Of a stretch of 64,000 bases of DNA, positions 16,560 to 24,408 are shown piece by piece. The DNA comes from a virus (Duplodnaviria > Caudoviricetes). The stretch spans positions 2,613-66,612 of the IMG/VR virus record IMGVR_UViG_2829772224_000004; one strand, written 5' to 3'. The number at the start of each line of letters is the position of its first letter. Within the stretch, counting starts at the first letter, position 1. The notes below the pieces were generated by a model that did not search any database, had not been told where the DNA came from, and saw nothing but the letters and a program-made list of their open reading frames with translations. The position numbers and the translations under genes are program-made.

Positions 16560-17303
16560 ATGCGTGCCGTGGTTGCCGGAGATAGACCGCCATTCAATGC
16601 AGTCGTGACGTCCTGGCTGTCGCATCGTCAAGCCAGTGTCGGCGTCGCCAGCAGTCCCGAAGAGCTCGCAGCGGCGACCCGCGCCGATCCTCTCCGTCTC
16701 GCCGTGATCTGGTCCGAAGATGGATACCGCGCGGTGTCCGCGATTCGTCGCCTCCGCGATGCCGCCATCGGCAATCTGATCATGGTGATGATGCCGGCGC
16801 AGTGCGAGGACCTCGCCGCCGATGCGAAGCACCGTGCCGTCGCCTTGCGTGCCGGAGCCGATGACGCCCAGACCTGGCCGCTGGCCGAAGACGAGTTCAT
16901 TGAACGTTGCCGAGCCCTGATCCGCCGCGACCGTGGGCTCTATGCCGACGAGAACATTGTCAGGTTCGCGGGCTGCGATTTCCTGCCCGAGCTCAAGATG
17001 ATCCGGTCGCCGGCAGGTGTCATCGCTCTAACGCCCCTCGAGACAGCCTACATGCTCGCTTTGACCCGGCATGACGACCGGGTTGTCACCAACAAGGCGA
17101 TTTCGATCGAGGTCTATGGTTGGGACCATCAGGACATCTCCCCCAGTCTCGTCAAGGTATTCGTCCACCGTCTCCGCAAGCAGATCTTCGTCCTCACCGG
17201 CGGTCTCGATTTCCTCGAAACGGTATGGGGCCGCGGCTACAGGTTCGTTCGCGAAGGCTACCGGCCGAAATTCGACCATTGGGGTCGGAGGGCGGTGGGA
17301 TGA
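16560..17303 (+). CDS. CtrA-like OmpR-family regulator with degenerate (pseudo-)receiver domain
   Basis: GADDAQTWPLAEDEFIERCRALIRRDRG and LVKVFVHRLRKQI..LTGG..FLETVWGRGY mirror CtrA GADDY.TKPF..DELIARI.A..RR..G and IDVFICKLRKKL...GG..YIETVWGRGY. Confidence 0.8.
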   Translation: MRAVVAGDRPPFNAVVTSWLSHRQASVGVASSPEELAAATRADPLRLAVIWSEDGYRAVSAIRRLRDAAIGNLIMVMMPAQCEDLAADAKHRAVALRAGADDAQTWPLAEDEFIERCRALIRRDRGLYADENIVRFAGCDFLPELKMIRSPAGVIALTPLETAYMLALTRHDDRVVTNKAISIEVYGWDHQDISPSLVKVFVHRLRKQIFVLTGGLDFLETVWGRGYRFVREGYRPKFDHWGRRAVG

Positions 17304-17761
17304 GCGACCGTCCGATCCGCGACATCCTCGCCGAATGCATCCGCCTCGAGCGCCTCGGTCCGACATTCCCGCTTTGGGGAAGCTGGTTCGAAGAGGGTCG
17401 AGAACCCGTCCGGAAACGGGCCGACCACATCCTGCGACTTCTCGGCGATCGTGGCGTCGGGCTCGTCCGGACAGGCGAGCCCGCACCTCAAGCCAGACCC
17501 GATAGCCCGGAATACTGGCGGTGCAAAATTATCGGTCGCAACGCGGAACGCATCCTGCGCGTCGGTGCCAATGGCATCGAGGTCATCATGACAGAGGGCG
17601 GCAAAGAGACCGTCCAGCTCGTCTTCGCTGTTGACGAGGCTTACGCCTTGGCGGGGCGCGGCCTCATCGGGGATCGGGATCTCATGAAGGAACCCGGTCT
17701 CGTCACCAAGCTCTCAGCGGCGCTCGAGGCGTATCGCGTCAACATCGTGGGGGCGCAGTAG
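17300..17761 (+). CDS. Phage hypothetical protein
   Basis: MSDRPIRDILAECIRLER...; ATGA overlap. Confidence 0.65.
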   Translation: MSDRPIRDILAECIRLERLGPTFPLWGSWFEEGREPVRKRADHILRLLGDRGVGLVRTGEPAPQARPDSPEYWRCKIIGRNAERILRVGANGIEVIMTEGGKETVQLVFAVDEAYALAGRGLIGDRDLMKEPGLVTKLSAALEAYRVNIVGAQ

Positions 17762-17763
17762 CG

Positions 17764-18561
17764 ATGGCCCACGTCAAGAAGCACCCATGGGCCGGAATGA
17801 AGGGGCCGGCCGCCGACTTCCTGAAGCTGATAGATGATCTCGCCCGCAGCAGATCCCATCGTGACGTCTTCCACGATTTCCTTGAGGCTGCGTTCTGCGC
17901 CTTCATCTCACCGCTGACACCTCCCGGCAAGAAGCGCGACGACATCGAGGCCCGGTACCTCAAGGTCATCAACTCCGACAAGAAGTATCCGACCCAGTTT
18001 CCCGAGCTGCTCGCGATCACCGCCGCCGGCATCGATGACGAATACGACTTCCTCGGCCCCATAGCCGGCCAGGTCGCATCCCTGAACGCAGCACAAGGCC
18101 AGTTCTTCACACCCTGGGCAGTGTGTCGGGTCACGGCCGAAATGATCCTTGACGAAGACAGCGTCAAGCGAGCCATCGAGAAGAATGGCTTCATCACAGT
18201 CGAGGAGCCTGCGGTGGGTTCCGGCGCCCTTGCGCTAGCCGCAGCGGAGCGCATCCGCGAACTCGGCTTCGACCCCGAAACACAGGCATGGATCACGGCA
18301 CGGGACGTCTCGATGCCCTGTATCAAGATGGCCTACCTGCAGCTCAGCTTGCGCGGAGTCTGCGCCGATGTTTGCCATGCCAATACGCTCACCTTGGAAC
18401 AATGGGGACGATACCCGACCCCCTCCAAATTGGTATTTCGTCAACACCACGGCGACCGGCTCATCGCTTATCTAAACGATCCCGCGAACTACCTGCAACC
18501 CGCGGTACCGGCACCAACACCACCCGCACCACAACTCGACCTCTTCGGGGATGCCGCATGA
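17764..18561 (+). CDS. Short N6-adenine methylase-like protein (type I M-like N-terminal part, no NPPY motif)
   Basis: DFLG..., GQFFTP (motif X), EPAVGSGAL (motif I), D.SMPCIKMAYLQLSL, HANTL; ends without motif IV. Confidence 0.8.
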   Translation: MAHVKKHPWAGMKGPAADFLKLIDDLARSRSHRDVFHDFLEAAFCAFISPLTPPGKKRDDIEARYLKVINSDKKYPTQFPELLAITAAGIDDEYDFLGPIAGQVASLNAAQGQFFTPWAVCRVTAEMILDEDSVKRAIEKNGFITVEEPAVGSGALALAAAERIRELGFDPETQAWITARDVSMPCIKMAYLQLSLRGVCADVCHANTLTLEQWGRYPTPSKLVFRQHHGDRLIAYLNDPANYLQPAVPAPTPPAPQLDLFGDAA

Positions 18562-18740
18562 GCGAGCTCTCCGTCACCGATCTCTGTGTCGCCATGCTGC
18601 GGGTCGCTGCCCGCCGGCTGCGGGCCGGCGTCGCACCAGCAGACGTTCCGCACTCCATCGACCAGGTCGCCAGAGCCTCGATCGAGAGCGGCCGAGACAA
18701 CCGGAACCTCACCACCACTCGGGATCAGAAAGGGACCTGA
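18558..18740 (+). CDS. Small hypothetical protein
   Basis: MSELSVTDLCVAMLRVAARR...; ATGA overlap. Confidence 0.55.
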   Translation: MSELSVTDLCVAMLRVAARRLRAGVAPADVPHSIDQVARASIESGRDNRNLTTTRDQKGT

Positions 18741-18741
18741 G

Positions 18742-20700
18742 ATGATGAATGCCGAAGTCCGTGAATCCACAGAACGACCGATCAGCCGTGCATTTGGCGT
18801 CGTGTTCCCCAAGCCCGATCAGATCGCGAAGCTCTCGCCAGCGGATCAGCTCGTCGCCCAGCTTCTTGCCGAGGAATCCGGGGTCCCATCGCCGGTCAAG
18901 ATCATTCGTGACGAACCCAGGCAAGGCGCTGCCGACGTCGTAACCATCGACACCTCGGCACCAGCTCGTCCTCTTGGTGCCGGCGATATCCGCATCGGCG
19001 ATACCTCGAAGGGTGAACCCGTTGGCATCGACCTCGCCAAGCTGATCGACGGCCGACTGTTGATCCAAGGCAACAGCGGCGCCGGCAAATCCATGCTGCT
19101 GCGCCGCCTCTTCGAGCAATCGTTCGGCCGCGTCCAGCAGCTTCTCCTGGATCCCGATGGCGAGTTCTCGACGCTGAAGGAACACTTCGACGTCGCGGTC
19201 CTTTCGGCCGCTGATGTCCGCCGGATCGGCGGCCATGCCTTCGCCGAGCATCTTCGCCAGCACCGCTACAGCGCCGTCCTCGATCTGTCCGATGCGACCC
19301 CAGAGGATCGCCTCGAGCTCGTCGCCGACATCGCCGAAGGATTGCTCGCGGTAGCGGAGCAGCATTGGCACCCGCTTCTCGTCCTCATCGATGAAGCCCA
19401 GACCGTGGCGCCGCACTACGACACCGGCGACGTCACCGCCGATACTCGCAAGCGCTCCACCGCAATGCTTTCAGACCTCATGGGCCGAGGCCGCAAACGT
19501 GGCATCGCCGGCATCATCGCGACGCAGCGCATCGCCGAAACAGCCAAGGCCGTGGTATCCAAGGCCACCAACGTCGTCGTCGGCCGCACGATCTTCGACC
19601 GCGATCTCGAGCGGGCGGGCTCGCTGCTGGGGTTTACGCTCGGGCATAGCCGGGCGCTCCGTACGCTTTCCGACGGCGAGTTCCTGGCAATTGGTCCCGC
19701 TATAGCTGGACCGCGTCGCATCAGGTTCAAGGCAGGTTCGGTCCAGTCCAGGCACAAGGGTGCGGCGCCCGAGGTCCTCGCGCCGCCGACGATCTCGGCG
19801 GCTGATGCTGCTGCCCTTCTGTTGCAGGTGCCCGATGCCGCCCCGTCCGTTCAGGCCGAGAATCGAGCGCCTGGCACGCGTGGTCGAGGATGGGACCAGC
19901 GCGAAGACCACATCATCAAGCAGGGATACACGGAGAAACTGCCGGTTCGCGACATTGTGAACAGGCTTGAAGCTGCCGGCTTCAAGCGTCGTTCGAACAG
20001 TGGGGTTTCGACCCGTGCCCGCGACCTTGGGTTCGTGAGCGTGCGGGCCTCGGTGATGTGGTCGGATGACGAGGATCAGATCATCGCTGACGGCTATGCC
20101 CGCGAGGTCAAGATCATGGACATCGTCCAGCTGCTGTCGGACGCCGGTTATGATCGAGGCCGCGTCGCCGTTCAGATGCGCGCCATTGCCCTTGGCATCA
20201 CCCGCGACCGCGTCAACTATTGGACCGAGCCCGAAAAGGACATCGCCCGCGCCGGTCTCGAAGGGGGCAAACCCTACCGCGAGATCATCGCGGATCTGGC
20301 CGCAGCGGGCTTCCACCGCGGTCTCACCGGGATCCTAAAGTTCGCCCAGAAGAACAATTTCAATCGGGCGGCTGATCCTTGGACGCATGAGATGATCGAG
20401 CGTCTTCGTGTCCTCTACGAGAAGAAGACGCCGGTCAAACAGATCGCCGAAGAGCTCGGAAAACCGATCGCGTCGGTTCGAACCCGGGCCAGCAACCTCG
20501 GCCTGAAGCAGCGCATCGCCTGGACCGACCAGGAATACCAGATGCTCACTGAGGCAGCGGAGCGGGGCGACAAGCTCATCGACATCGCTGCCCGCATAGG
20601 GCGCCCGTACCCCAATGTCGCGGCCGTTGCCAAACGTCTCGGCCTCAACTTCCGGCAAGGCAGATCCACCCCAGGTACCCACGAAAGGACACCCACATGA
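18742..20700 (+). CDS. HerA/FtsK-family ATPase fused to five C-terminal Myb/GcrA-N-like HTH repeats
   Basis: Walker A GNSGAGKS, LLDPDGEF, Walker B LIDEAQ, GRKRGI..IIATQR; five W(T/S/D)xxE...IA..L...V..RA..LG repeats at about 19890-20650. Confidence 0.85.
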   Translation: MMNAEVRESTERPISRAFGVVFPKPDQIAKLSPADQLVAQLLAEESGVPSPVKIIRDEPRQGAADVVTIDTSAPARPLGAGDIRIGDTSKGEPVGIDLAKLIDGRLLIQGNSGAGKSMLLRRLFEQSFGRVQQLLLDPDGEFSTLKEHFDVAVLSAADVRRIGGHAFAEHLRQHRYSAVLDLSDATPEDRLELVADIAEGLLAVAEQHWHPLLVLIDEAQTVAPHYDTGDVTADTRKRSTAMLSDLMGRGRKRGIAGIIATQRIAETAKAVVSKATNVVVGRTIFDRDLERAGSLLGFTLGHSRALRTLSDGEFLAIGPAIAGPRRIRFKAGSVQSRHKGAAPEVLAPPTISAADAAALLLQVPDAAPSVQAENRAPGTRGRGWDQREDHIIKQGYTEKLPVRDIVNRLEAAGFKRRSNSGVSTRARDLGFVSVRASVMWSDDEDQIIADGYAREVKIMDIVQLLSDAGYDRGRVAVQMRAIALGITRDRVNYWTEPEKDIARAGLEGGKPYREIIADLAAAGFHRGLTGILKFAQKNNFNRAADPWTHEMIERLRVLYEKKTPVKQIAEELGKPIASVRTRASNLGLKQRIAWTDQEYQMLTEAAERGDKLIDIAARIGRPYPNVAAVAKRLGLNFRQGRSTPGTHERTPT

Positions 20701-22520
20701 CCTCTCGCATGATTCCGCTCAACGAACTCCGGTTCGGGCACGAAGCCACGCCACCGATCAATGCCAGGCGTGTCGGCCGGGAAGACGAGATCGCCGAACT
20801 TGCGGCTTCAATTCACGCCCACGGGCTGATCACGCCGCCCAAGGTGAAGGAGATCGCGAGAACGTTCTATGTCGGCATCGGCAATCGCCGTCTCGCCGCA
20901 ATGAGGCTGCTCGTCGAACAGGGGCAACTTGCCCCGGACTGGCTGGTCACATGCGACGAGTTCGATGGCGACATCGCCGATCCCCGCGAAATCGCTTTGG
21001 CGGAGCAGATCATGCGGGCGCCACTGCATGAGGCCGACCAGCTCGAGGAGTTCACAATCCTCGTCGACGCCGGGCTTTCCGAGGCCTCCATCGCGAGCCG
21101 CTTCGGTATCGAACCTCAGCGGGTCAAGAAGATCCTGGCGCTTGGTCGCCTCTCCCCTGTCATCCTCGATGCCTGGCGTCAGGGTGCCTTTGATCGTGAA
21201 CCCGCTGGCTGCGTTCGTGCTTTCACGCTCGCGCCGTCGATCGAGGCCCAGGAGGCCGTGTTCGCGAAGCTGCACAAGAACAACAATCTGCATGCCCACG
21301 CGATCCGGCAAGCCTTCGGGGCCAACAATCATGAAGCCGCGAAGGCAATCAAGATCGCGGGTGTCGAGGCCTACACGGACGCCGGCGGCCGGATGACGAC
21401 GGACCTCTTCGGGGACAACCATGTCATCGAAGATCCCGAGATAGCGGTTCAGGTCGCCGAGGCCAAGATCGAGGCCACCCTCACAGGTCTCCGTGCCGAG
21501 GGCTGGTCGTGGGTTTCGACGGCCGATGACCTCCCCTATTCCTGGACCTATTCCTGGGGCACCGAGAAACCGGCCGAGGGCAAGGCCACAGCCGGCGAAA
21601 AGAAAGCGATCAAGAAGCTCGAAAAGGCTGCGGCCAAGGGCACCGATGGTGCCGCCGACGATCTGGCGGCACTGCAGAAAGCGATTGCGGAGCGGCAGTG
21701 GACCCCGGAGCAGCTCGCGCGCGCCGGCGCCGTCCTCACCATCAGCCACTACGGCGATCTCAACATCAAGCGTGGTGTCGTCAAACCCCATGCCGCGAAG
21801 AAGGCGGCAAGCGCGGACGCCGATGGCACCAAAGAGAAGGCGGCCCCAACGATCTCGAATGCCTTGGCGATGCGGCTGTCGGCGCAGGCCGGCCTCGCCA
21901 CCCGCAAGGCATTGCAGGCCGAACCGCGTCTCGGGCTCATCGCCCTGCTCGCCGGCTTCCTGACGAAGCGTGACATGTACAGCGGGGCGAGACTTTGCCC
22001 GATTCATGTCAGCCACGAAGGCATGGGCTACCAGCAGCTCCGTGGTACCGAGCTCTTCCAGGATGCCCTCGAACGTCTGCAGGCAATGACGGATTCCGAG
22101 CTGTTCGTTGTTGCCGCCGGCATCGCTGGCAACGCCGTCGACCTCCATGTCTCGTCATCCGAGTATAAGGCTTTCGACGGTGCGCCGGCCGCGCTCGCCG
22201 CTGCCATTGACGCCGACAACATGACGGCGGCTCTCCATGAGACCTTTGATGCCGCTGATTACTTCGGCGGGGTCTCGAAGTCATTCGTTATCGATGCGAT
22301 CCGCGAAGCCATCAACGACGATGAGGCGAGGCGAGCCGACAAGCTGAAGAAGAAGGAGCTCGTTGACTTCGCCGTTGAGAACGTGGCCGGCACCGGCTGG
22401 TTGCCACCCGAGCTTCGTGCCCCAACCTATTCCGGCCCAGGCGAGCGGCCGGCCATCGCTGCCCCAGCCCTCGAAGAAGATCCCGATTTTGCGGAGATCG
22501 ACGAGGAAGAGGCTGCTTGA
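20697..22520 (+). CDS. parB: ParB/RepB/Spo0J family protein (plasmid/ICE type)
   Basis: IPLNEL...LAASIHAHGLITPP.V....YVGIGNRRLAAM, EQIMRAPLHEADQ, HTH IASRFG..V...LALGRL. Confidence 0.85.
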   Translation: MTSRMIPLNELRFGHEATPPINARRVGREDEIAELAASIHAHGLITPPKVKEIARTFYVGIGNRRLAAMRLLVEQGQLAPDWLVTCDEFDGDIADPREIALAEQIMRAPLHEADQLEEFTILVDAGLSEASIASRFGIEPQRVKKILALGRLSPVILDAWRQGAFDREPAGCVRAFTLAPSIEAQEAVFAKLHKNNNLHAHAIRQAFGANNHEAAKAIKIAGVEAYTDAGGRMTTDLFGDNHVIEDPEIAVQVAEAKIEATLTGLRAEGWSWVSTADDLPYSWTYSWGTEKPAEGKATAGEKKAIKKLEKAAAKGTDGAADDLAALQKAIAERQWTPEQLARAGAVLTISHYGDLNIKRGVVKPHAAKKAASADADGTKEKAAPTISNALAMRLSAQAGLATRKALQAEPRLGLIALLAGFLTKRDMYSGARLCPIHVSHEGMGYQQLRGTELFQDALERLQAMTDSELFVVAAGIAGNAVDLHVSSSEYKAFDGAPAALAAAIDADNMTAALHETFDAADYFGGVSKSFVIDAIREAINDDEARRADKLKKKELVDFAVENVAGTGWLPPELRAPTYSGPGERPAIAAPALEEDPDFAEIDEEEAA

Positions 22521-22532
22521 TCCATCATGACG

Positions 22533-23252
22533 TCAAGCATGATCAATACCGGTAGTGGTGATGACGTGGGCAATATAACCGCGGTCGGCCTCCTGGACGT
22601 CGTACGCCTCAATGATGGAAGCGAAATCCGAATTTGTGATGAAAGGTCCCAGGACACCTTGCTTCAATTGTATCTGGGCTGCGGCGACAGAGAACATGTG
22701 CGCAAGGACTTGGGCTCGGTATGCAAGAGGCTTTCGACTCTCCATGAGCGTCATATACCTTCCTGCCGCCTCAGGAGATCTAGTCTTCAGCTCAGATTCG
22801 AACTTACCAACCTCGCTGCAATGCTGATGCAGTGCAATTGCGAGGGAGGGAGAAATCTTGGCAGCCTCCACGACCATCGTGCGAGCCGTCGCCGACATTG
22901 GCGGATCGAGTTCGCTCGCCAGAGTAACGTATTTGATACGCATGGCGGTATCCAGCAGATCGGCAGTCAAAGTGGCGGCCACGGCTTCATCTTGCCGCCT
23001 GTAGTCATCCTGTCGATGTTTCTCGGATTGATCCATCTGGAAACGAACGTAAGCGATGGTAGCAAACGCCGCCCCCAGCGCCAGAAGACCGGAAACATAC
23101 GTCTGCCAGATGTTGAGGATTTCGAGCGAGACGCACGTGAAGTCAGACTTACTCCACCAGTGAGCGCAAGCATATGTAAGGGGGAGCACAGACGAAAGTG
23201 CAGCCAACCCTGCTACAACGGCCGCTCCGAGCAGCCATCCCCCAAGTTTCAT
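22533..23252 (-). CDS. Membrane-anchored hypothetical protein, moron
   Basis: Two N-terminal TM segments (...IWQTYVSGLLALGAAFATIAYV) plus a helical domain; opposite strand, more AT-rich. Confidence 0.75.
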   Translation of the reverse strand: MKLGGWLLGAAVVAGLAALSSVLPLTYACAHWWSKSDFTCVSLEILNIWQTYVSGLLALGAAFATIAYVRFQMDQSEKHRQDDYRRQDEAVAATLTADLLDTAMRIKYVTLASELDPPMSATARTMVVEAAKISPSLAIALHQHCSEVGKFESELKTRSPEAAGRYMTLMESRKPLAYRAQVLAHMFSVAAAQIQLKQGVLGPFITNSDFASIIEAYDVQEADRGYIAHVITTTGIDHA

Positions 23253-23326
23253 AAGAACCGCCCGCACCATAATTGTCGGCACTCATTCTTATCTCATAGC
23301 GCCACCCCGGCAAGCGGGTGGTTGCA

Positions 23327-23611
23327 ATGAACGAGGTCAACGCACGCGCTGTTGCTGTCATGGGCGGCTTCGAAGGTCAGTTCCGCAAAGTCCACAAGGC
23401 AGCCTGGGAATCGGTCTGCATCAAAGGCATCGCCCAGATCTACCCAACCGCCTTCGAGGCCGAAGCCATGGCCTGGCGGGCGCTCCGATCACATCTGCAG
23501 GGCGACATCGTCGGCAGTGGTGACAAGGCATCCCCGATGCGCTCGAAGGCAGAAGAACAGTTCGGCGCGATCTTCAGGCGCGGCCGCAAGATCGAGGTCG
23601 AGCGTCGGTGA
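23327..23611 (+). CDS. Phage hypothetical protein
   Basis: MNEVNARAVAVMGGFEGQFRKVH...; resumes the rightward operon. Confidence 0.7.
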   Translation: MNEVNARAVAVMGGFEGQFRKVHKAAWESVCIKGIAQIYPTAFEAEAMAWRALRSHLQGDIVGSGDKASPMRSKAEEQFGAIFRRGRKIEVERR

Positions 23612-24408
23612 GCGAGAAAGCACGTTTCAGTTCAGAGGCCGAACTCTGCGCCACTTTCATCTCGCAGCTGCCCGAGGGATGGACCGCATACCCGGAGACC
23701 GCCGGTTTCGACATCCTGCTTGCGCGCGATGTGGATGGCGTGCAGATCGGCATCGAGGCCAAGCTTGCCCTGAACGCCAAAGTCATCGAGCAAGTGATGC
23801 CACATGATAGTTGGTGGCACGCCGATGGCGAGCACCCCGAATATCGCGCCGTGCTGGTGCCATGGGGATGCTCCGGCGGCCTCGCCGCGGTCTGCAAATT
23901 CCTCGACATCACCATCATCGAAATGGCGTCGAAAGCCCTCTATCAGTCCTGGCACCCCATGGTACGCCGAAAGATGTCGCCCGATCTCCCTAAGGTCGGC
24001 GACCATTGGTACCAGGACAGGAAATGGCGGGACTGGTGCCCGGCGAAGCGCTGCGCGCTCCCCGATTATATCCCTGATGTGACCGCGGGCGCCTCGGCAC
24101 CCGTCCAGCTCTCGGGTTGGAAGGTCAAGGCCATCAAGCTCATTATCCTCCTGGACCGACGTGGCTACGTCACCCGAGCCGACTTCAAGCATCTCGAGGT
24201 CGATCCCGGCCGCTGGATCTACAGCGGGCGCTGGCTTGCCCATGGGGCCGTCAAGGGCCAGTTCGTGAGATGCGAATACACCCCTGATTTCCGGGCCCAG
24301 CATCCCGTGAATTTCGATCAGATCGCGGCCGACTTCGAAAAATGGTCGCCGCAAGCCATCAGGGCCGACCACGTCCCCGCTCCGGAAAAGCAGGAGCGCA
24401 TGCTCTGA
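23608..24408 (+). CDS. Putative PD-(D/E)XK nuclease-fold protein
   Basis: SEAEL...PETAGFDILL....QIGIEAKL motif. Confidence 0.6.
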   Translation: MSEKARFSSEAELCATFISQLPEGWTAYPETAGFDILLARDVDGVQIGIEAKLALNAKVIEQVMPHDSWWHADGEHPEYRAVLVPWGCSGGLAAVCKFLDITIIEMASKALYQSWHPMVRRKMSPDLPKVGDHWYQDRKWRDWCPAKRCALPDYIPDVTAGASAPVQLSGWKVKAIKLIILLDRRGYVTRADFKHLEVDPGRWIYSGRWLAHGAVKGQFVRCEYTPDFRAQHPVNFDQIAADFEKWSPQAIRADHVPAPEKQERML

